Assembly: GCA_963788655.1 (NCBI GenBank)
Contig: CAWBHS010000058.1
Location: 58,645 to 122,644 of the forward strand
Source of the DNA: an uncultured Verrucomicrobiae bacterium
GTDB taxonomy: Bacteria; Verrucomicrobiota; Verrucomicrobiia; Limisphaerales; JAFGQR01
DNA length: 64,000 bases
Direction of reading: 5' to 3'
This document shows positions 45,328-56,600 of this stretch, piece by piece. The position numbers and the translations under genes are program-made. The number at the start of each line of letters is the position of its first letter. Position 1 is the first letter of the stretch. The notes under the pieces are model-generated. The model had not been told where the DNA came from. It saw only the letters and a list, made by a program, of their open reading frames with translations, and ran no database searches.

Positions 45328-46477
45328 ATGAACAACAATCCTCTATTAAAGTTAGGCCAAGCTCGGGCAAAGCGTCTGGTTGGATTACCTCCGGCGGCAA
45401 ATGATCTTGTCCGGCGAATTGAAACAGTTGCTCGATCACGATGGCGTCAGCGGCGTCACCTCCAATCCCGCGATCTTCGAAAAAGCGATTGCCGACAGTA
45501 ACGATTATGACGCGGACATCCTCGCCCTGGCGCTCGAAGACAAGAGCGTCGAGGAGATTTATGAAACGCTGACGGTATTGGACATTCGTCATGCCGCTGA
45601 CGTGTTCCGCGAGGTGTATGATGAGTCGGAGGGGCGCGACGGTTACGTGAGCCTGGAGGTTTCCCCACTGCTGGCGCACGACACCACTGCGACCATCGCC
45701 GAGGCGCGACATTTGTGGAAGGCGGTAGGGCGGCCCAACATTTTCATCAAGGTGCCCGGGACGGCCGCCGGACTGCCGGCGATCCAGCAACTGCTGACCG
45801 AGGGCATCAACATCAACGTAACCCTGCTATTCGGGTTGCCGCGTTATCGGCAGGTGTTGGACGCGTACCAGGCCGCCATGGAAGCGCGTCTCGGCGAGGC
45901 CAAACCGTCGCAATCGGTGGCCTCCGTGGCCAGTTTCTTTCTGAGCCGCATCGACGTGCTGGTTGATCCGGTGCTGGAATTGATCATCAAAGGCGGCGGC
46001 CCCAAAGCCCAGGTAGCGCAACGGTTGCGCGGGCAGGTGGCGATTGCCTGCGCCAAGACCGCTTATCAGATTTTTCAGGAAACCGTGGCGAGTCCGCGGT
46101 TTCAAAAACTGGCGGCGGCCGGGGTGCGTCCGCAGCGGTTGCTGTGGGCCAGCACCAGCACGAAAAACCCCGACTATCCGGATACGAAATATGTCGAGCC
46201 GCTCATTGGTCCGCAGACCATCAACACCATGCCGCGGGAAACCTTGGCGGCCTACCGAGATCATGGCCGGCCGGCGGCGCGCCTGGCAGACGGCGCGGCG
46301 GAAGCCGCCGAGATGCTGCAGCAGTTGTCGGAGTTGGACATCAGCCTGGAAAAGGTCACCCAGCAATTGGAAGAGGAAGGGGTTGCCAAATTCGTGAAAC
46401 CCTTCGAACAACTCCGGGAGACTCTGAACCAGGCGCGGGAAGACGCGCGTCGAGGAGTGAGCGTCGCCTCAAGTTGA
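45328..46477 (+). CDS. tal: Transaldolase
   Basis: GQSVWLDYL (frameshift ~45357), GVTSNPAIFEKAI, GYVSLEVSP, FIKVPGT, NINVTLLF, SVASFFLSRID, LLWASTSTKNP. Confidence 0.95.
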
Positions 46478-46550
46478 AGTGCTGAGCAGTCAAAGAGATC
46501 AAGCGGCTGAAGATGTTGGCGGATGGGATTGATGATTAGCACAGGACGGA

Positions 46551-47486
46551 ATGCCAAAGACATTTGATCCGGTTTTAAGTCCCGCTTCGCCGGATGCGTT
46601 GGCTATTTCGCACCTGTTTACCATCTTGTTCATTATCTGCGGGGTCATCTTCGCGCTGGTAACGGGTTTGGTGATCTACAGCATTATTCGCTACCGGCGG
46701 CGACCGCAGGATGGCGAACCGGCCCAGGTCATGGGCAATACCAAGCTGGAAATCGTCTGGACAGCCATTCCGCTCATGCTGCTCGGGTGGGTCTTTTTCC
46801 TCACTATCCGCGTCATGATGGCGTCCGATCCCTCGCCGCGCCTGAAGCCGGACCTGGTGGTGATCGGGCACCAATGGTGGTGGGAGGTTCATTACCCCAA
46901 CAGCGGCGTCGTGACGGCCAATGAAATTCACATTCCCACCGGCAAGCGCCTGTTGACCCGGGTGCTCTCGGCGGATGTGATTCACAGCTTTTGGGTGCCG
47001 GAACTGGCGCGCAAGATGGACATGATCCCCGGCCATCCGAACCACCTGTATGTCGAGGCCGACCAACCTGGGGCGTACTACGGCACCTGTTCCGAGTATT
47101 GTGGTGCCCAACACGCCTGGATGCGTCTGACGGTGATTGCGGAACCGCCCGCGCAATTTGCCGCCTGGGAACAGCACCAATTACACGCCGCGCCCGCACC
47201 CGCCACCACGCCAGCCGCGCGCGGATTGCACACCTTCCAAAGCATGACCTGCATCAACTGCCACAGCATCGCCGGCGTCAACGGTTTCCAGAAGGTCGCC
47301 CCAGACCTCACCCACCTGGCCACGCGAACCATCATCGGTTCAGGCGTCATGAAAAACACTCCGGCCAACCTGGCGTTGTGGCTGAAGAATCCCCAAGCCA
47401 TCAAGCCGGGCTGCAACATGCCCAACCTGCAACTGACCGACCCGCAGGTTCAGGATCTGGTAGCGTATCTCGAAACGCTGAAATGA
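46551..47486 (+). CDS. coxB: Cytochrome c oxidase subunit II with fused cytochrome c (caa3 type)
   Basis: GHQWWWE, DVIHSFWVP, CuA motif CSEYCGAQHAWM, heme c CINCH...MP. Confidence 0.95.
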   Translation: MPKTFDPVLSPASPDALAISHLFTILFIICGVIFALVTGLVIYSIIRYRRRPQDGEPAQVMGNTKLEIVWTAIPLMLLGWVFFLTIRVMMASDPSPRLKPDLVVIGHQWWWEVHYPNSGVVTANEIHIPTGKRLLTRVLSADVIHSFWVPELARKMDMIPGHPNHLYVEADQPGAYYGTCSEYCGAQHAWMRLTVIAEPPAQFAAWEQHQLHAAPAPATTPAARGLHTFQSMTCINCHSIAGVNGFQKVAPDLTHLATRTIIGSGVMKNTPANLALWLKNPQAIKPGCNMPNLQLTDPQVQDLVAYLETLK

Positions 47487-47487
47487 G

Positions 47488-49734
47488 ATGAATTCGAACC
47501 CGAACCCGTCTGCTGCCCTCCTCGCCTCACCCTCCCTGGCGGAGGCCGAAGAACACGGTTTCTACGGCTGGGTCGCGACGGTGGACCACAAGCGGATCGG
47601 GATCATGTACCTGTTGACCACGCTGGTGTTCTTCGCCATTGCGGGCATCGAAGCGCTGGTCATGCGCCTGCAACTGGCCCTTCCTAACAACCACCTGATT
47701 TCGCCGGAAACGTACAACCAGATTTTCACCATGCACGGTACGTCGATGATCTTCCTGTTCATGATGCCGGCGCTGATCGGGTTCGCGAACTACTTTGTGC
47801 CGCTGATGATCGGCGCGCGCGACATGGCCTTCCCCCGGCTCAATGCCATGAGTTACTGGATGCTGGTGTTCGGCGGGCTGTTGTTACACTTCAGCTTCCT
47901 GGCCGGGGGCGCGCCGGCGGTGGGCTGGTTCAGTTACGCGCCCTTGAGTGAGAAGTCATTTTCGTTGAACCCGGGCGTGGATTACTGGGGACTGGCGCTG
48001 CTGATTCTGGGCACCGGCTCGATCGCCACCTCGGTCAACCTGATCGCCACCATCCTCAAACTGCGCGCGCCCGGCCTGTCCATCCGGCGGCTCCCGCTCT
48101 TCGTTTGGATGGTGTTCATCAACTCGTGGCTGATCATTTTTGCGATCCCGGCCCTGAACGTCGCCATTGTGATGTTGTTGATCGACCGGATTCTGGGCGC
48201 CAGTTTCTTCCTGCCCGCGTATGGAGGCTCGGCTTTACTGTGGCAGCATTACTTTTGGACGTTCGGCCATCCCGAGGTCTATATCATGATCCTGCCAGCG
48301 TTCGGAATGATATCGGAGGTCATCCCGGTGTTCTCGCGCAAGCCAATCTTTGGCTACGAATTCGTGGCGGCCTCCACCGTGGCCATTGGCTTGCTGAGCT
48401 TTGGAGTCTGGGCGCACCACATGTTCTCGGTGGGACTGGGGCATCAATGGGACTTGGTCTTTGCCGCCAGCAGCATGTTGATCGCGATCCCAACGGGCAT
48501 AAAGATCTTCAACTGGATCGCCACGTTGTGGGGCGGATCGATTCGCTTCACCACGTCGATGTTGTTTGCGGTGGCGTTCCTCATCGAGTTCACCATCGGC
48601 GGCCTGACCGGCGTCCAGTTCGCCACCGTGCCGCTGGACTGGCAGTTGACCGACACCTACTACGTGGTGGCCCACTTCCATTACGTGCTCTTCGGCGGCT
48701 CGCTCTTCGGCCTGCTGGCCGGGCTCTATTATTGGTTTCCCAAAATGACCGGACGCTTCCTGGATGAGCGCCTCGGGCGGTGGCACTTCTGGCTGACAAT
48801 CTTCGGATTCAATCTGACGTTCTTCATCCAGCACTTTCTTGGATTGATGGGAATGCCGCGGCGGGTTTACACCTATCCCGATCTACCGGAATGGGGCTTG
48901 TTCAACCTGATCTCCACCATCGGCGCCTTCATGCTGGGCATCTCGGTGCTGGTGCTGTTGTGGAACCTCTGGATCAGCACGCGCCGCGGCCGCATCGCCG
49001 GGAACAATCCGTGGGAGGCCTGGACGCTCGAATGGGCGACCACCTCCCCACCCCCACCGCACAATTTCGATCAACTCCCGCCCGTGCATGGGCGACGCCC
49101 CTTGTGGGATTTGGCGCACCCCGAGAACCCGGATCGGAAAACTCGGGAAACCGGTCCGCCGGCCAGTGGCGATGTCAAAGTGGAACTGAACAAGTTGGGC
49201 ATGTTGACGTTTATTGTATCGGAAAGTGCCTTCTTTGCGCTGCTGATCCTGGCGTACGTGTTTTACAACGCCTATTTGAAAAGCGGTCCCACCGCCGCCA
49301 GCACGCTGAACGTCGGATTGACGGGGCTCTTCACGGCTTGTCTGCTGGGCAGCAGTTACACGATGTGGCGGGGCGAACGCAGTCTTCAGGCGGGGAACCT
49401 GGTGGGGTGGCGCGGATGGCTCGTCCTAACGATGGTTCTGGGATTGGTCTTCCTCGTGGGGCAAGGCCACGAGTATTACGACCTGATGTTTCACCAGCAC
49501 GTCGTCATCAACACCAACCTGTTTGGCACGACCTTCTTCACCCTCACCGGCTTTCACGGACTGCACGTGGGCGTGGGCTTGATCCTCCTGGCGGTGATGT
49601 TGGTCATGACGCTGCGCGGTGATTTCCAATCCGGCCGGACGGAACCCGCGCACGCCGCCGCCTTGTATTGGCACTTCGTGGATGCCGTTTGGCTCGCGGT
49701 GTTTTCCGTGGTCTATTTGCGCACCGTCTTCTGA
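47488..49734 (+). CDS. ctaD: Cytochrome c oxidase subunit I fused to subunit III (A1 type)
   Basis: DHKRIG, TMHG, GHPEVY (A1), WAHHM, AHFHY; C-terminal subunit III motifs SESAFF, TGFHGLHV, YWHFVD. Confidence 0.95.
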   Translation: MNSNPNPSAALLASPSLAEAEEHGFYGWVATVDHKRIGIMYLLTTLVFFAIAGIEALVMRLQLALPNNHLISPETYNQIFTMHGTSMIFLFMMPALIGFANYFVPLMIGARDMAFPRLNAMSYWMLVFGGLLLHFSFLAGGAPAVGWFSYAPLSEKSFSLNPGVDYWGLALLILGTGSIATSVNLIATILKLRAPGLSIRRLPLFVWMVFINSWLIIFAIPALNVAIVMLLIDRILGASFFLPAYGGSALLWQHYFWTFGHPEVYIMILPAFGMISEVIPVFSRKPIFGYEFVAASTVAIGLLSFGVWAHHMFSVGLGHQWDLVFAASSMLIAIPTGIKIFNWIATLWGGSIRFTTSMLFAVAFLIEFTIGGLTGVQFATVPLDWQLTDTYYVVAHFHYVLFGGSLFGLLAGLYYWFPKMTGRFLDERLGRWHFWLTIFGFNLTFFIQHFLGLMGMPRRVYTYPDLPEWGLFNLISTIGAFMLGISVLVLLWNLWISTRRGRIAGNNPWEAWTLEWATTSPPPPHNFDQLPPVHGRRPLWDLAHPENPDRKTRETGPPASGDVKVELNKLGMLTFIVSESAFFALLILAYVFYNAYLKSGPTAASTLNVGLTGLFTACLLGSSYTMWRGERSLQAGNLVGWRGWLVLTMVLGLVFLVGQGHEYYDLMFHQHVVINTNLFGTTFFTLTGFHGLHVGVGLILLAVMLVMTLRGDFQSGRTEPAHAAALYWHFVDAVWLAVFSVVYLRTVF

Positions 49735-49738
49735 AGTT

Positions 49739-50587
49739 ATGAGCACAGGAACCTTCATGCTTAGCGAATGGGACTGGAATCCCGTCGTGTTGGCGGTGTG
49801 CGGCGTAGCCATCCTCGGCTACGGGGCGGCATTTCGTTTTCGGTGGCCCCGTAAAGTCTGGTTTCTGATTGCCGCCATTGGCGTGGTGCTGCTGGCGCTG
49901 GTGTCGCCGATCGAAGCCTTGAGCAACGGCTATCTGTTCAGCGCCCACATGACGCAACATCTCCTGTTGCAACTGGTGGTGCCGCCGCTGTTGTTGCTGA
50001 GCCTGCCAGTGCTGTCGCGGCCGGAAAGCTTCCGTACCGGCCGCTGGCGGTGGGCCGACCGTCTGTTACAACAACGTTTCCTCACCTGGACGCTGGGACT
50101 GGGCGCCATGTGGATTTGGCACGAACGGTCCTTGTGCGACGCCTCGACTTCCATTCCCTGGGTCCACACGGTGCAGGTGATTTCCCTGGTGCTGCTGGGC
50201 GGACTTTTCTGGTGGCCCATCCTGGCCCCGTGGCCCGAGCATCACATTGAACCGCTCCTCGGCGCGGTCTATCTCTTCACCGCATGTCTGGGCTGTACCG
50301 TCCTGGGAATCATTATCACGTTTGCGCCGGTGGGCGTATGCCCGATCTACTTGCACCCCGTCGATCGGTTGGGCATTCTGCCGTTGGTGCGCAACCACTG
50401 GGGTTTTTCACCGGGGGTCGATCAACAAGTCGGCGGACTACTGATGTGGGTGCCTGCGTGCCTGATCTATCTGACCGGCGTGATGGGCATGCTCGCGCGC
50501 TGGTACGGAGGTGAATACGCAAATGACGTGATTGGCCCGGCCAACGTTTCATCGCCTACGGCCAAGAAACACGCCGCGGCGAAATAG
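49739..50587 (+). CDS. ctaG: Caa3-type oxidase assembly factor (CtaG family)
   Basis: LFSAHMTQHLLL, WIWH, FWWPI, DQQVGGLLMWVP. Confidence 0.85.
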   Translation: MSTGTFMLSEWDWNPVVLAVCGVAILGYGAAFRFRWPRKVWFLIAAIGVVLLALVSPIEALSNGYLFSAHMTQHLLLQLVVPPLLLLSLPVLSRPESFRTGRWRWADRLLQQRFLTWTLGLGAMWIWHERSLCDASTSIPWVHTVQVISLVLLGGLFWWPILAPWPEHHIEPLLGAVYLFTACLGCTVLGIIITFAPVGVCPIYLHPVDRLGILPLVRNHWGFSPGVDQQVGGLLMWVPACLIYLTGVMGMLARWYGGEYANDVIGPANVSSPTAKKHAAAK

Positions 50588-50635
50588 TGCAACGGTGGAC
50601 GCGAAAATGATCGGCATGGCTTGCGAAATACAAAC

Positions 50636-50875
50636 ATGAAAACACCAAACCAAACGGCTTCGTCCCCTGCCCTGCCGGACGGTTGGAACCGGCCCCGTCC
50701 GGAACACCAGCCCCGCCCCACCATCTGTCCGGCAATCCTGTCGCTGGGCGCTACGCTGCTGTTTTGGGGCCTCATCACCTCGGCCATTATTACCACCTTC
50801 GGTTTGGGCTTGCTGACGCTCGGGGTGACCCTTTGGATTCAAGAGGTTCGTTATGAAAGAAGACAACACTCCTGA
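50636..50875 (+). CDS. Small two-TM protein, probable oxidase subunit IV-like
   Basis: PRPTICPAILSLGATLLFWG...WIQE; operon position, overlaps Rieske start. Confidence 0.6.
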   Translation: MKTPNQTASSPALPDGWNRPRPEHQPRPTICPAILSLGATLLFWGLITSAIITTFGLGLLTLGVTLWIQEVRYERRQHS

Positions 50876-51392
50876 GCCGGCCAGCCCGGCTTCGAATTCA
50901 GATCCAGATACGCTCCGGCGGCGCGAGTTTCTCCAGCGCTTGAGCGTGGGCGCCGGCTGCCTGGCGGGACTGGGAATCGCGGCGCCAGCGGTGGGATTCA
51001 TCATTGGCCCGTTGCTGCAAAGGATTCCCCAGAATTGGCGCGAGGTGGGCAAGGTAAGCGATTTCCAGGTTGGCGCCACGACGAACGTAACCTTCATCGA
51101 TGCCTCGCCGTTGCCTTGGTCGGGCGTTACGGCCAAAACCGCAGCGTGGCTCCGGCGGGTCAGCGGGGAGGAGTTCATTGCGTTTTCCGTCAACTGCACC
51201 CATCTGGGCTGTCCGGTGCGCTGGAAACCGGAGGCCAAGTTGTTCCTCTGTCCGTGCCATGGAGGCGTTTATTACCAGGACGGCAAGGTGGCCGGCGGCC
51301 CTCCACCGTTGCCCTTGCCCCGCTATCAGGTCCGCGTTCGGGATGACCGGGTGGAAATCCTCACGGGTCCCGTGCCCATCACCACCGTCTGA
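50853..51392 (+). CDS. qcrA: Rieske 2Fe-2S subunit of quinol:cytochrome c reductase
   Basis: Tat motif RRREFL plus TM; boxes CTHLGC and CPCHGG. Confidence 0.92.
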   Translation: MKEDNTPEPASPASNSDPDTLRRREFLQRLSVGAGCLAGLGIAAPAVGFIIGPLLQRIPQNWREVGKVSDFQVGATTNVTFIDASPLPWSGVTAKTAAWLRRVSGEEFIAFSVNCTHLGCPVRWKPEAKLFLCPCHGGVYYQDGKVAGGPPPLPLPRYQVRVRDDRVEILTGPVPITTV

Positions 51393-51409
51393 ATTCAGCG
51401 TTTCGCCTC

Positions 51410-52837
51410 ATGGTCAAGACACTCGTCAAGCGGTCGTGGCAATGGTTGGACGATCGTCTCGGACTTTCCGACCTGATTGCCCCGGCAGCCAAACACCTGG
51501 TGCCGCACGACGCACGTTGGTGGTATGTGTTTGGCAGCGCCACACTCGCAGCCTTCATGGTGCAGGTCGTCAGCGGCGTGGCGTTGGCTTTCTCCTATAT
51601 TCCATCGTCCTCGCAGGCTTATGAAACCCTGCAATTCATCACCCATCAAGCCGCCTTCGGCTCGTTCCTGCGCGGCCTGCACTACTACGGCGCTTCGGCC
51701 ATGGTGCTGATGGTCGGCGTTCACGCGATCCAAGTCTTCCTGTTTGGAAGCTACAAGTTCCCCCGCGAAATGAACTGGATCACCGGTTCGCTCCTGCTGG
51801 CATTCACCATTCTGATGGGTTTCACCGGGCAACTGCTCCGCTGGGACCAGACTGCGGTGTGGTCGGTGGTCATTGCCGCGGAACAGGCGGGCCGGGTGCC
51901 GCTCATCGGCCGGTGGCTGGCCTATTTCATCATGGGCGGCGATACCGTCGGCGGGGTCACCTTGAGTCGGTTTTTCGCCATCCACGTCTTCATCGTGCCG
52001 GCCTTCATCTTCGCCTTCGTGGGCATTCACCTGCTGTTGGTGCTGCGCCACGGAATCTCCGAACCACCCAAAGCGGGCCACCCGGTAAATCCCAAGACGT
52101 ATCGCGAGGAATACCACCAATTACTGAAGAAAAGCGGCGTCCCGTTCTGGCCCGACGCGGCGTGGCGGGACGTCGTCTTCACCCTCGTCATGCTGTTGGG
52201 CATCGCCTTGATGGCCTGGCTGGTGGGACCGCCGGAATTAAGCAAACCACCGGACCCGAGCATCATCAAGGCCGTGCCGCGTCCCGATTGGTATCTGCTG
52301 TGGTATTACGCCATGTTCGCGCTGATTCCCCATGCGTTGGAGGACTATTTCATCGTGCTTCTCCCCCTGTTGATCGGTTCTGTGCTGATCGTCATGCCGC
52401 TGTTGTTCAACCGAGGCGAACGCAGCCCGCGCCGCCGCCCCTGGGCCACCGCGAGCGTGATCCTGATCGTAATCGCCGTCAGCACCCTTTGGATCGAAGG
52501 CGTTCGCTCCCCCTGGTCGCCGAACTTCAATCCCACGCCGCTATCCGCGCAGGTCATTGGTACCACCACTGGACCCGTTGCCGTCGGGGCCCAGTTGTTC
52601 CAGGAGAAAGGGTGCATCAACTGCCACCTGATTCACGGCGATGGCGGGCGCCGTGGTCCGGACCTGACCTACATTGCGGACCGCTTGAGCCATGAGGAGA
52701 TGGTCATCCGCCTCATGAATGGCGGGGTAAACATGCCGGCCTATAGTTCCATTCTCAAACCGGAGGAACTCGATGATCTCGTTGCGTTCCTCAAATCGCG
52801 CACGCGCCAGTCAGGCGCAAAAGCGGCAACCGACTGA
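51410..52837 (+). CDS. qcrB: Cytochrome b (unsplit) fused to C-terminal cytochrome c
   Basis: WLDDRL, RGLHYYGAS, PREMNW..G, RFFAIH, Qo motif PDWY, heme c CINCH...MPAY. Confidence 0.92.
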   Translation: MVKTLVKRSWQWLDDRLGLSDLIAPAAKHLVPHDARWWYVFGSATLAAFMVQVVSGVALAFSYIPSSSQAYETLQFITHQAAFGSFLRGLHYYGASAMVLMVGVHAIQVFLFGSYKFPREMNWITGSLLLAFTILMGFTGQLLRWDQTAVWSVVIAAEQAGRVPLIGRWLAYFIMGGDTVGGVTLSRFFAIHVFIVPAFIFAFVGIHLLLVLRHGISEPPKAGHPVNPKTYREEYHQLLKKSGVPFWPDAAWRDVVFTLVMLLGIALMAWLVGPPELSKPPDPSIIKAVPRPDWYLLWYYAMFALIPHALEDYFIVLLPLLIGSVLIVMPLLFNRGERSPRRRPWATASVILIVIAVSTLWIEGVRSPWSPNFNPTPLSAQVIGTTTGPVAVGAQLFQEKGCINCHLIHGDGGRRGPDLTYIADRLSHEEMVIRLMNGGVNMPAYSSILKPEELDDLVAFLKSRTRQSGAKAATD

Positions 52838-52982
52838 ACCTTTGCTCCCAAGGCCAAGTACTCGTCGTCGATTGCCCGGCGATCACCACAACCGCGAAAC
52901 TTCCCGTTGTTCTCCATCCGGGTTTCGGGTTTGACTCTCCAGTATCGTGTTTATAGGTTTGTAACATATTAACTGAGGGAAA

Positions 52983-53468
52983 ATGACCATTGGGGCGAGT
53001 GCCAGCCGATGGAATCGAGTTGTTCCTGCCAACCAAAGATCCGAAGCAATGTTCAACGACGACACATGGAGAAACATGTCCATCCAGTTGCGGTTACTTC
53101 GCAACAAGTCCGGGCCTTGGTGGGCTGGATTGGTTCTTCTGGGGGCGGTGGTGGCGATTGGCTTGGGCACGTACACTTATGTGTCGGCAACCAGCAAACC
53201 TGATGCTCCATCTCCCACCGAGATAATGACCCGCGTCAAGGCACTCGAAATTGTTACCCTGGAGGATTACCTTCGGTTCCTGGACACCAACAAGCGCAGC
53301 TTCGCCTATCGTAGATACCAGACCGAACTAATCGTCACCCACGCCGTACCGTCAGAAGGAGGGATGCCGTCTCTGCAACAACCCAAGCTATACCGGATCG
53401 ACTACTCCGACCGGACCATCGAGGAGGCTGAAAAATTGTTGGCTGCCCGCTTGCCCAAAGAGCGTTAA
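52983..53468 (+). CDS. Hypothetical single-TM protein
   Basis: 161-aa ORF with central TM (WWAGLVLLGAVVAIGLG) and GAGGG RBS; start uncertain. Confidence 0.5.
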   Translation: MTIGASASRWNRVVPANQRSEAMFNDDTWRNMSIQLRLLRNKSGPWWAGLVLLGAVVAIGLGTYTYVSATSKPDAPSPTEIMTRVKALEIVTLEDYLRFLDTNKRSFAYRRYQTELIVTHAVPSEGGMPSLQQPKLYRIDYSDRTIEEAEKLLAARLPKER

Positions 53469-53474
53469 CCGGAA

Positions 53475-53616
53475 GTAGCCGTTGACGTGAGGAGGCGGAA
53501 CCCAGCCGGTTACGTTGGGGATCCCTCCAACACTCACCGGAAAGTGACCGCCTTGCCTTCGTTTGGATGCGCCATTTCATCGCATCAGTCAGCCGCGTTC
53601 TCACGAACGCAGCTAC
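53475..53616. repeat. REP-like inverted pair, family D (GTAGCCG...GTGAG)
   Basis: GTAGCCGTTGACGTGAGGAGGCGG (53475-53498) versus CCGCGTTCTCACGAACGCAGCTAC (53593-53616), between convergent genes. Confidence 0.6.
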
Positions 53617-53636
53617 TGCAACTGAATCATTACGGC

Positions 53637-56600
53637 TTAGCGCGGGATTGACGGCGGCGCCGCGTCCGGTGCGCTGCCCCACGCTTTGTTCGGCGCCGGT
53701 CCCATTTCCAAAACGAGCGTGCCCCCCCTCAATACCTCGGCCTGCGGGAACCAGGGACGGTTCAGCGGCTGCCCATTCAACGTGGCCGATTGGATATACA
53801 CGTTAGTCTTGGAGTTGTGACGCGCTTCGATGACGAACTGGCCACCCTGGTAATACTTCGGATCGAGGTGAATGACAATGCGGTCAAAGAGCGGACTGCC
53901 GAGTTCGTAAATGGGCCGCACCGCACAGCCGCCATCCATCTGGAACAAACCCATCGCGGACATCACATACCACGCGCCCATTTGCCCCTGGTCTTCGTCG
54001 CCGGGATAGCCGTCGATGGGACCAGTGCCATAATAGTGGTCCATGATTTCGCGCGCCCACTTCTGGCTAAGCCACGGGGCGCCGGAGTAGTTGAACAGAT
54101 ACGCCGCCTCCATGTTCGGTTGATTGCCGTGGTCCACGTAGCGGCTGGTGAAGATGGGGCGGGCTTTCTCGAAGCCGTCGTTGAGCCGCTCATTGAACTT
54201 CTCGCGGCTGCCGATGAGTTGGATCAATCCCGCCAGGTCGTGCGGCACAAACCAAGTGTATTGCCAGGCATTGCCTTCCACGTACCCGGGTCCGCTGAAT
54301 GGCGAGAATTTATCCACCCATTTGCCGTCCTGGTGTTTCTGCCGCACGTAACCCACGGCCGGGTCAAAAACATTCTTGTAGTTCTGTGAGCGTTTGAGGA
54401 AATACTCGTAATCCTCCTGCTTCCCCAGCGCCTTGGCCAATTGCGCGGCGCACCAGTCGTCGTAGGAATATTCCATGGTGTTCGACACCGGCCCGGCTTC
54501 CACCGGCACGTATCCGAGCTTCATGTAGGGCGCTAATTGGCTGTTGCCGACGTGCCCACCGCAGGGATGCGGCTGGCCGGGCGTGGTCTGGATCTTCCGT
54601 ATGGCCTCGTAGGCTTTGGCCACGTCGAAGTTTCGAATGCCCGCCTGGTAGGCCGCGACGATCAGCGCGATTTCGTGCGAGGCAACCATAATGCTCGAGT
54701 ATTCGATGCCGGTCGGGCCTTTCGGCAGCCAGCCGCCTTTGTCGTAAATCTCCAGCAACGACCGCACCCATTGGTTGGCGATGTCCGGATGTGCGAGCAC
54801 CCAGAGCTGGTTCAAATTCCAGAACGTGTTCCAAAATGCGTCGCAGCCATAGACCGGCGAATCCGGATCGGGCAGTTGCTGGACCTTCTCACACATATCC
54901 ATATACTGGCCGTTCACGTCGCTCCAAATCGTGCGGGCGCAGTAAACACGATACAGGTTCGAGAAGAACTTCACCTTGTCCGTCTCCGTGCCGCCTTCAA
55001 CCTCGATGGCGCCGATCAAATCACTCCAAGTTTTGCGCGCCTTCGCCCGGCACGCGTCGAAGTCCCAACCAAACGGCGCCGTCTCGGTGTCGAGGTTCAG
55101 CCGGGCTTGCTCGATGCTGACGAGCGAAATGCCGGTCTTCAGTTGAATGACTTCGCCGTCGTCGGTTGCGTAATTGAGGAAACAGCCCACGTCGCCTTGG
55201 CCGGCAATTTCCTTGGCGTTCTGCAGGAGGTTGGTGCCAACCCAGCCGCCCATCGACTGGAAGGGCTTGTCCACGCGGGCGACAAAGTGAACGGTGTACT
55301 CATTCCACTCGGCATTCCGCTGCCCGCGTTGCTTGGAATAGCCTTCAATTTCGGTGTCGCTGACCTTGGTGATCATCGCCTGCAGCACGTCGTAGCCGTA
55401 CTCGGTTTCGTTTTTGAGATCGACGAGGATGCGCGCCCGGCCAGCCTTCGGGAACGTGTAACGCTGGAATCCGGCGCGTGTGGTGGCAGTCAGTTCGGCG
55501 CGGATCTGGTAGTCGTTTAACGTCACGGCGTAATAACCGGGCACGGCGATTTCGGTATCGTGCCGGAAACGTGAGCGATAGCCGGCGTCCGGATCTTGTT
55601 CGGTGCCGGGGACGATCTTGAGTTCGCCGGTCGTCGGCATCGTGAGCAAACCACCCATGGTCCACGAATGAATGTGACTGAACCCCGTGATGTTCTCGAT
55701 GGTGTATTCGTAGCCGGCCAGCCAACCTTGTTTCTGGTTGTCAGGGCTGAGCTTGACCATTCCGAACGGCAGGCACGGTCCGGGATAGAGCATCCAGCGC
55801 GATGAACCAGTGCCTAACAGGCAATCGACGTAGTCCACCGCTTCACGCTCGCGGGCCGGTTGCTGGACCAACTCGCGATGGTCGAGTAACTGATCGCCTT
55901 GCTTCAATTCAACGCGGATCGGCGTAGGTTGTGTCACTGGCGCCAATCGCAATGTCATGGTGTTCTCACCGCTGGATGGAGTCAGCGCCGCCCGCGGAAC
56001 GCCTGTCGCGAAGAGCGCCAGTGGCTGGCTCTTGCCCAAAGCGATGAACTTCACTTCAAGCTCCTGCGACAACCGGCCGTTCTGCCGGCTAAGCCACGGG
56101 TCCAACTTCACTGATTGCACCAACGCGCCTTCGGCGGGCGCCAGCTTCGCCGAGGCCGGCGCCTCGAAACCGAGCCAGTCGTAGAGAATCCAACTCAAGC
56201 CCGTATTGATGATCTTAATTTCGTTCAGCCCAGCCTTGAGTGCAGTGGCGGGCACCTCGAGGCTGAAGCGGTGCTCCTTGCCGGCCTTTGGATTGCCCGT
56301 GATGGAGGCGTCGCTGCCACCTGGCGGGCACTGATGATCGAAGGTGTGGCCATTGACATCGATCCGCAACAGCGGGGGCCGGACGTAGTGAGTATTGGCG
56401 AGGTCCACGCTCAACTTGCAGGCCGCCGACGGTTGGTTCTGGAGGCCGAAGAAAATTGCAAACGTGTGTACCCGTCCGCCGGCCCAGGTGTCCGCCGGCC
56501 CCGGATGGCAATACGGCCAATCCTGTTTGGGATCGGACTGGCCCACAATGAACAGGCCATCCCGGTTAAACTGCCGGAAGCCGCTCGGTCCGAGCGCGAA

